Positions 54,729 to 64,000 of a DNA stretch of 64,000 nt are shown piece by piece. The translations under genes and the position numbers were made by a program. The notes under the pieces are model-generated. The model searched no databases, was not told where the DNA came from, and was given only the letters and a program-made list of their open reading frames with translations. Each line of letters begins with the position of its first letter. The first letter of the stretch is position 1. This DNA comes from Octopus sinensis (lineage: Eukaryota). The stretch spans positions 44,578,001-44,642,000 of the forward strand of contig NC_043008.1 of the NCBI RefSeq assembly GCF_006345805.1, written 5' to 3'.

Positions 54729-55728
54729 CTATCCGTTTTCTTTAGGGGACCAAAAACGTAACAGAAATTTAGTCACATGTGGGCATGATCCGAAAAGCTC
54801 TGTCCTTGTATTTAGACATGTGGTAGGGTCTAAGCTGCTTTTCCAGATAAGCCATCTCTCCATGTCGCATAAACCGCACATCCGCTGCCGTTAGTATAGG
54901 GCTTACATCTGGCCAAAATCTTCCATTGTATGTTATAATCGACACCTTTATCTCTTAAAGACCAAATATGATTGGATAATTGTGTCGCTTTTCTTTTGTT
55001 CCAGTGCCTAAAGCTCAAAGTGTGGTTATTGAACCTGGCCTTGAAATTACCCTCTGTCAGGCCACGTATTTCTTCGTCGAACGGTGTCTTTAGTGGTTAT
55101 AGAGTTTACGGTAGCTTCATATATGATGGTCTTGGACATGCAAGCTCCATTTAGCGGGCACAATTCTTTATTCCTGCATGAACAGCTGTTTTCTTCTTGT
55201 ATTTTTGTATGTTATGATTGATTATGTATTAAAATTGGTAGTTGAACTAAAACTAATTTTTAAATTGTGTCTATTGAAGAGTTTCCTATAAGCATGGTTA
55301 ACTGGAAAATGTCTATCTATCAGTGCTAGGAAATATTTACCTATATTGAAGGCCACCTCGGGTGAGTAAGGGGGCGTAAACCAGATGACCTTCCTATTTC
55401 TATTATTCCTTTTCCTTATTGTTGGGCTGGTGATAGGTGTATATTTTATTTTTTCGCTAAAACCACTATCTTTTAAAGCTTTATTATAAACTGGGGCAAC
55501 GCTATTGAAGATGTCCTCATTAGATGAGAGGCTAGAAATCCTCTTACTAATATTTTTAACTAAATTTTTGAATACTATAGAGGGATGGCATGAACCTACA
55601 TTAATATAACTTAGTCTATCATTGGGCTTCCTATAAGGCTTATAAATATTATTATTAAGATCTAAGGAAACGTCTAAGAAATTGACAACCGTCAGGTTAG
55701 TGTCTATAGTTATACTAAGTCCGAAGTG
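54729..55728 (-). pseudogene. PLE RT C-terminus/thumb, Cys-rich linker and GIY-YIG endonuclease (frameshifted)
   Basis: Manual translation: FGLSITIDTNLTVVNFLDVSLDL..YKPYRKPND..SCHP..RKVIWFTPPYS..CSCRNKELCPLNGAC..IIYEATV..GLTEGNFKARFNNH..CGLCDME..LNTRTELFGSCPH..*. Confidence 0.92.
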
Positions 55729-55830
55729 TTAAATGCGAGCGATGTATAAGTACGCAGGCAAAGCAGAGTTATAACAGAGTAATTTCCCTTCATTTTTAAC
55801 GGTATTTTTTCATAACGTTTTCAAATAGCC

Positions 55831-55893
55831 AGATAACCGAAGAGATGGTGTTGTGGATTTCCACTTCGGCATCTGAAACTCAGAGTTTTATCT
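55831..55893 (+). ncRNA. Hammerhead-like motif in the pLTR (mirror copy on minus strand at ~54474-54536)
   Basis: Stem I AGATAA/TTATCT, core CCGAAGA, stem II GATG..CATC, (T)GAAA, stem III ACTC-A-GAGT, triplet GUU. Confidence 0.55.
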
Positions 55894-55917
55894 TGACTAC
55901 CGAGTAATATTGTAACA

Positions 55918-55970
<53 letters not shown>

Positions 55971-56020
55971 AGACGTATATACGTATATATCTATAAGTAT
56001 AAATGTTTATATACTGATAC

Positions 56021-56076
<56 letters not shown>

Positions 56077-56353
56077 AGAGAAATAATGATAACTAGATAT
56101 ACAGATGCATGTGTGTGCATTATATACGATAACGTCGCGAAACCAAGATGATATTTTGATTCATTGACTGACGAGGAAAACTCAGATGCAAATATTCCGT
56201 GAATCGTGTCTCTGTCTATCTTCCCCGTCCGTTAAGTTTCCGTCTAGTTTCCTGTTTGCTCTACTTCCGTCTAAATCTTTCTCCTTGTGTTCTGTCTGTT
56301 CAATCCCTGATATATATATCTATATATATATATATATATATAATATATATATA

Positions 56354-56387
<34 letters not shown>

Positions 56388-56434
56388 CTATATGTATGTA
56401 CGTGTGTGTGTGTGTATGTATATATATATATATA

Positions 56435-56476
<42 letters not shown>

Positions 56477-57204
56477 AATAATACAAAATGGGACAAGAAC
56501 GCAAGAGATCCATACAGTTAGATGATACAAAAATGGTACACAAAACATCCAGATAGATGATACAAAGAAAATAAGGACGGGACATTCGAAGTTTTATTTC
56601 CTCACTCAAGTACCAGATTATCTTCGCTATTTCGGCAAATTATTCTTGAGATTTCTATAGTCTGGCCCACCCCAAGGGTAAACTAAGCAAAGAACATTAG
56701 ATTCCTTGGAAGAAAGCAGGGAATGTATACAAAAACAAGGACGAAAACAATACGTATTGAGAATAAAAATATGTATATCTTTTTATTATTTGCGCTTTCG
56801 TTTCTTTCTCGAAAAAACAAAAAGACGAAGACAGGTTATGTGGAACACAAGCAGATGTATTAGTGAAACTCTTGGGAATTGAAAATGTCTTTTACATTTT
56901 GAGCCTACGCGCTTCCACAGAAAGGAACAAAGGAACACAGAAAGAACCTATTTTTTAAAAATCTTTGTACAAAATGTTCGGACTCATGGATAAACTTAAA
57001 CATATTATCTCCGAACGTATATATTATAGGTATATATATATATATATAAACGTATATATATAAGTACATATATGTATATACATGTATATGTATATATATA
57101 TACATTTCCTTATATATGTCTATGTATATATATATATAATATATAAATATATATATGTATACATATATTATATATACCTATATATACGTAAATATATATA
57201 TATT

Positions 57205-57262
<58 letters not shown>

Positions 57263-59180
57263 GGATATATATATGGATGTACGTATGTATATGTATATAC
57301 ATACGTATAGATGTATATGCACATATATCCTTATGTGTCTATGTATATATACGTATATAAATGTATATATATGTATAAATATATATATATAGGTAGGCAT
57401 TTAGAATGTTAGAACTCAGGAGTGTGGCAGAAGAATTTTTTGTCCAACTCAAGAAAAATCGTCATAAACTGATCTTTGATTCCAGAAGGAGAGGTAAAGA
57501 CTTTCACGTAGCAACGTCAACACGTGATACACATAGGTCTTCTACACATCATCCAGCCCCAACAAACTATTTTCTCCATTTTATATACATACACATCTAT
57601 ATATATATATACAAATATATATACATGTATATGTATATATATATACATATATATATTTATACATATACACATATATGTATATATATCTTTATATATACGT
57701 ATATATATATATCCATATATAAGTGGATATATACGTATGTATATGTGCGTATATGTATCTATATATAGTGCGTATATATATATATATTTATATATAAGTA
57801 CAGATATATAATTGTGTGTGTCTGTGTGTAACTGAGTGAATCTAGTGATATATTTTTATGTGTAGGAAATATTAATCTACATACATTTATGCCTATATAA
57901 ATCATTCATCTGTATGTCTATATTGAATATGAGGTTACTGCAAGTATTATCTCGTTTCTTGTTTTAAAAATCATTTTTAGTTTCATCAGCTTTTATTTTG
58001 CTTTCTTTTTTTTTTCTAGCTTTTAATTCTTTTTTTGTCTTTTTGTTTCTGCCAAATCAAAGATAATGTAATAAATCAAATAAAAACAGCCTATCACATA
58101 TAAACTGATTGTATTGTCTAAAACACCAATGCTGCAATTAATTTCGTAACTCGTCAACAAAAGCAACACCCTTCAATTTTACTAAACATTAACCGTCCCC
58201 ACGGCATTATTGCGTCCAGGAAGCAACATCTAATTATCATATATAGGTTATTTCAATTTACGTCTGTTTGCTTTATCGTTCGCTGTTTTATATCTATTAC
58301 TTGATTATTTGGCGAATTTTGTTTGATAAATTTCCGCTTTGATTAGGCGGATTAATGTAACATATGAATCTAAGTACTTAAATGGTGTCTTTGTTGTTTG
58401 TATTACTATTGTGAAGAGAATGTTTTATAGCAATTTATCTATGCAGTTTACTCTTAGTACAGCTTTGGAGTTAAAAAATTTCCTATTTCGATATATATTT
58501 GAAATATTATTGTGAAATGTTGTTATTGTATATCAGATTCTAAAGCAGGTATTTCTGGTTTCAAATCTCACTAAGGACAAATCTGCCTCGCACACTTCTG
58601 AGGTTTAGTGAAATATGTGACAATCGACTACTTAAATAGAAAGAATCCAGAATAATCTCCCTGAAAATCGTGAGGCTTGATGAATAGGTGAAGTAAGACT
58701 TGATTAAATGCAGCATAATTTGAAACACAATTTTTTTCGGTATGAATTAAGTACAACGTGAAGATAATGTTGCTTTCTCGAGAGAATCTCTTTTAATATC
58801 TTTCCACTGTATTGATTTTTGTTGCATACATAAAGAGTTGCGTATTTTTCAGATCTGAAATTAAAATATTCAGAGTTAGAGATAATCTTAGTGTTCAGTT
58901 GATAACGTAGACAAAAATTTACCTTTTTGTATTTGTTGATAGATACAAGGAAAAGCATCACAATATCTCGGAAATTGATTTGTTAGCTGCGATTTTTTCT
59001 CTGTCCACCGTGGAAGATGTAGTTCTTGCACTGAAATGGAAAACGAGATCAGACGTTGAGCATTTGAATTCGCGAATCCACATAGACTGAATTTATCCCA
59101 CTCTTTCGTCGAGGAAAGGATTACCATTAAGGAATGGTACTATCATTTTTTAAGGAACATGTGGATATTATATATAAGGC

Positions 59181-59268
<88 letters not shown>

Positions 59269-59516
59269 CTTTTATTCTTTTACATGTTTCAGTCATTTAA
59301 CTGCACACTTATATAGATATTATATATAAAAATATATATTGTAATATTTTGTGACAAACAGTACTTAACACAACAAAGCTTTTACATTTTACTTTTGATA
59401 ATCTTTTTCTAAAAAAGTGAAACCGGTCAAGTGAATAAACATATTTTAAAATTGCATTTTCAAACCTTCTTTCATATATATTTCCACTCGTGTGGTACTT
59501 ACGGTACCTTGTTATA

Positions 59517-59592
<76 letters not shown>

Positions 59593-59655
59593 CATATATA
59601 TTTACATATAAATATTACATATATATATATGTATGTATATATTATCATTATATAT

Positions 59656-59701
<46 letters not shown>

Positions 59702-59734
59702 TATACATATTCTATATATATATAGATATTCTGC

Positions 59735-60276
59735 CTTCTTCCAACTGGTAAGCATGGAGGAGGATCTGGGGTGATTTGCTATAACTTGAAAATGCGGGGG
59801 CCCAATGATTTCCCTTCGTGGCAGAATTAATAATCAAGAATATTTAAGCATTTTATTTGATCAAATTCATCATATGGTTGCGTAACTGTTTCCAGTGAGA
59901 AACTCAATCTTTCAGAATGATAATGCCCCAATTCCTACAGCTAAATTTGTTACGGAATGCTATGAGAAACATTCTAGTGAAGTTGAACATCTTATCTGGC
60001 CAGCACGGTCCGCAGATCTCAATATTACTGAACATTTATGGCGTATTTTAGAAAAACAAGTAAGGAGTCGATATCTTCCACCATCATCTCTACTAGAACT
60101 GGAGACTGTTTTAGCGGAAGAGTGGAAAAAAATTCCTTTGGAAACAATTCAAACCATATATGAGTCCATACCTCGTAGAATTCAAGTTATAATTATTGCC
60201 AGAGGTTGTCCTACCCCACATTAATATAAATTCATTTGAAATTTTAACGTGTTCCCATTATTTTGTCCAAACCCTG
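59735..60276 (+). mobile_element. Tc1-like transposon 3' half (decayed DDE transposase plus 3' TIR)
   Basis: Peptides KHGGGS..GRIN..FQNDNAP..WPARSADLNITEHLW..WKKIP..ESIPRRIQVIIIARG. The end gttcccattattttgtccaaaccctg is a CAG-type TIR. Confidence 0.88.
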
Positions 60277-60294
60277 TGTGTATATATATATATA

Positions 60295-60500
60295 TTATTT
60301 TACTTGTTTCAGTCATTTGACTGTGGCCATGCTGGAGCACCGTCTATGGTTGAGCAAATCGACCCCAGGACTTATTCTTTGGAAGCCTAGTACTTATTCT
60401 ATCGGTCTTTTTTGCCGAGACGCTACGTTACGGGGACGTAAACACACCAGCATCTGTTGTCAAGCGGTTGGGGGGGGGCAAACACAGACACAAAAATACA
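60295..60500 (-). mobile_element. 3' part of SINE family C
   Basis: Close match to 23080-23270. Confidence 0.88.
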
Positions 60501-60709
60501 CACACACACACACATATATATATATTCATACAGTAGTTAATTAGTTATTGTACGGATTCATATACAAATGATTGTGTAGAGTCCAATACGCATCGTCATT
60601 AAACAGTCATTTGCGATGATCGTAACCTTGAACCTTTACCAGCTTCCTTAATTGCCTTCAACACAAACACACACAGACACACATATTTCATTATTTACGT
60701 CCCCCGTAT

Positions 60710-60772
<63 letters not shown>

Positions 60773-60813
60773 CATATGTACATATATACATATATGTATA
60801 TATACATATATAC

Positions 60814-60849
<36 letters not shown>

Positions 60850-60994
60850 GTATTTATAGATATATAGATATATATATATATATGTATATATATTATATAT
60901 ATACATATATATATATAATATCTATATATAATATCTATATCTAATATACATATATATATATAATATATATATATATACATATTATCATATAATA

Positions 60995-61069
<75 letters not shown>

Positions 61070-61679
61070 CATATATATACGTATTCATTTATTTATTTAA
61101 ACATAGATACAGACATGGCCAATTGGGTATACATACATACATACATGCATACATACACATACATACACACACACATACACATACACACACACAAACACAC
61201 GCACACACACACATATATATATGTATATATATGCGTATATATGGATATATACATTTACGCACAGAAGCATACCCCACACGCACACACCCATACATATATA
61301 TTTATATTCTTATCACACAGACATGTATAAACAATTGATTAGCTTATGCGGCTAATAATAAGAGGTATTAATGTGTTGTACACGCCTTCCTTTTCTCGTG
61401 TTGTTACATACAGTCTATAGATAATGCCTTATATTTAGATAATGTCTTTATATTGCTCTTAATGTATTAGCTTTAAGTAATTCGTTATGTAATTTTGTTC
61501 TTTCCCTCGATGTTGCTTTGCTAATAGACGTCTTGTCTGAGTCATCGTGTATAAATAAACAATTACGATATAACTATACACCGCAATGCAAACATAATGT
61601 CGCTCCTTCTTCAACTTCTATTAAGGAAAAACAGAAAACAAAGCATATATAAATATATACATACATATATATATACATG

Positions 61680-61726
<47 letters not shown>

Positions 61727-62007
61727 GAGAGAGAGAGAGAGGTAGATATAAAGATAAAGATAGATATATTCATATATACATGTATACATATACATATATA
61801 TATATATGCATATATATATAATCTGTTTGTTGTTTACACCCTCGTCTTCGTATCTTGTTTTTTTGTGTAAATTCCACCTATATATACACACACACGCTCA
61901 ACACACACACATAGATATACACATAGATAGATATATAGGCAGATATATATATGTATATATATATGTATTATATATATATATTATATATATATATATATTA
62001 TATATAT

Positions 62008-62047
<40 letters not shown>

Positions 62048-62319
62048 AGAGAAGTAATAGTATGAGAGACAGAGAAATGAAGTTTGAAAGAGAGAAATTA
62101 CAAATTGATACAGTATTAATAACAATGTGCGTACTTAATGAACGCGTTTAGCAATGTGAAAGATTACCAGGAAAAAGACCTTTGGTAAACAAGAGAGAAT
62201 TTGTCTTCAACCGAAGCCAAACATTTGGTTTTATTGTGCATCTTTCATTTTTTTTTTGGTTTTTTATTTTTATTTTTTGGTTTTTTATCTTTTTTTCATC
62301 CTTCTATTTGTTTGAACTA

Positions 62320-62667
62320 TGTGAATGCAGTCATGCTGGAGCAGCGCCTTCACTGGATTTTCGTCGTACAAATCGACCCGAGGATTTATTTCATTTTAGT
62401 CTAGTACTTATTCTGTGTTTATGGGGGCATAAACACAGCAACACTGCTTATCAAGCGGCGAGAGGGGAGAAACACGCACGTGATGCGCGCGCAACCATGT
62501 ATGTAGATGCATGAGTGGATGGATATACGACAGATTACTTTCACTTTCGGTTTTGGTCTCCCCGAAGCTATAGTAGAAGACATTTGCCGAAGGTGCGACA
62601 GTGGGACTGACCGCGTAACCCTGTAGTTGAGAGGGAAGCGTCTTACCACACAGCTACGCCTTCGCCT
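62320..62667 (-). mobile_element. Diverged full-length SINE family C
   Basis: Contains catgctggagca..gctatagtagaagacatttgccgaagg..cagtgggactga..cttaccacacagc. Confidence 0.8.
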
Positions 62668-63002
62668 GTTGTCTTCGTTTTGTTTATTGTTTGATTATGT
62701 TTTTTCTTTTTCGGGTTTTATTGGAGTTGGGAGAAATTTTTCCTAATTTGCAGAATAAATTGTAGCATTCATTTGTCGTTTAGCAAAACTCATGTATCTA
62801 CGTCAGATATTAATGTTCATGTCTCAAAACAAACATTAATACATATATTCAAACACCTGTCACGTATATATATAACTGTGTGGGCGTACCTGAAGATTTA
62901 ATTTTTTTCTTATACCCAAGTATGTGCTAATCTACGTATATACAGATTTATATATATATATATATATATAATATAATAACAATATTAATAATAATAATAA
63001 TA

Positions 63003-63043
<41 letters not shown>

Positions 63044-63048
63044 TAATA

Positions 63049-63094
<46 letters not shown>

Positions 63095-63192
63095 GATTGA
63101 AAAATTGAATATTAATTTGATTAATATCAATTTAAAACAAGTGGTCTAGCGTTTTGAAAGGTCTGAATATTCAGAAGAATTACTTTACATGA

Positions 63193-63520
63193 ATATGAGA
63201 GAGATGACTACTAAGTGGACATCTATTATGCTAGAAGTCGACCTCCTATGGTCTTACCACTAAGAAAGGAATGTTCTCAAGGAAATTTAGCAAACACCAG
63301 AATGTAAGCGAGCAAGAAAAATGTTACCACTTACGTAATTGGTAAGAACGTAACTGGTTTCTGATTAATCTTTATATTTTGTATCTTTTCATTTGTGTTG
63401 CCCACTTACGTTCTGGCGTTTGCTAAATGTTCTTGAAAACATTCCTGTCTTAGTCGCAAGACCATAGAGGGGAGATTTCTAGCATAATGATTGTCTACTT
63501 AGTGGTCATCCCTCTTATAT
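63193..63520. repeat. ~130-bp diverged inverted repeat (MITE-like or fold-back)
   Basis: 63193-63323 matches the reverse complement of 63390-63520, with a 66-nt spacer. Confidence 0.85.
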
Positions 63521-63527
63521 GTATGTA

Positions 63528-64000
63528 TGGGCATCAATATGAGTAACGATGCACCTTTCCAGGTGCACATGACCAAGTTAGAGATAAAATGCAGTTGCTA
63601 CGCCTGATGGATCTTCGAAGTTTCAAAACGAGAGCAAAGGAAACCATGATAATTCTCTGGAGGATTTTCGTTCTCAGTCGTCTGAATTACTGCTCCCAAC
63701 TGTGGTTCGCAACAGTGAAAAATTAATGACGGGACTCGAGGCGATCCATTGAAGATACACAAAGAAGATTGACGCAATGCGACATATCAGCTACTGGGAG
63801 AGACTGGAAGAGTTAAGACTTTACTCCCTAAAACGAAGACGGGAAATATATGCAATAATATATATGTAGAAAATCCTAGAAAAACTTGTACCAAACTTTA
63901 GCATTGTCAGCAGAACGAGGTGCCACTGCGTAGTACCAAAAATCCCCAAATTGCCATCAGGATACAAGAATAGATAGTGCAACAGGTCAGGCTAGAAGGG
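63528..64000 (+). pseudogene. Decayed CR1-like LINE ORF2 C-terminal fragment
   Basis: Translation ..LRSFKTRAKETMIILWRIFVLSRLNYCSQLW..SYWERLEELRLYSLKRRREIY.., with stops and frameshifts. Confidence 0.85.

Larger units (their letters stand above)
54376..55921 (-). mobile_element. 5'-truncated Neptune-type Penelope-like retroelement with inverted pLTR
   Basis: Inverted arms at 54449-54634 and 55731-55921 flank a PLE coding remnant. Both outer ends abut (TA)n. Confidence 0.9.

Overview
This is an AT-rich, repeat-dominated eukaryotic window with no convincing host protein-coding gene, rRNA, true tRNA or CRISPR array. The SINE families and dense (TA)n/(TATG)n/(GATA)n microsatellites strongly suggest an octopus or other coleoid cephalopod genome, intronic or intergenic; this is recognition by eye, with no search run. 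Nearly all listed ORFs are microsatellite artefacts. Real coding remnants are all from transposons: a 5'-truncated CR1-type LINE with an open RT ORF (15529-17087), two more CR1 fragments, a Neptune-type Penelope-like element (PLE) with RT thumb, Cys linker and GIY-YIG domain between inverted terminal repeats (54376-55921), R4/Dong-like endonuclease tails, three Tc1/mariner relics and two non-autonomous Helitrons. Four signals stand out: (1) a dispersed population of type I hammerhead-ribozyme-like motifs with long stem II and palindromic stem III in PLE-like termini next to (TA)n tracts; (2) repeated fold-back inversions and locally templated sequence captures at microsatellites; (3) a 3' tail shared between CR1 LINEs and one abundant SINE family; (4) a pre-miRNA-sized near-perfect hairpin. 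All alignments, folds and coordinates were done by eye, so repeat boundaries are approximate.
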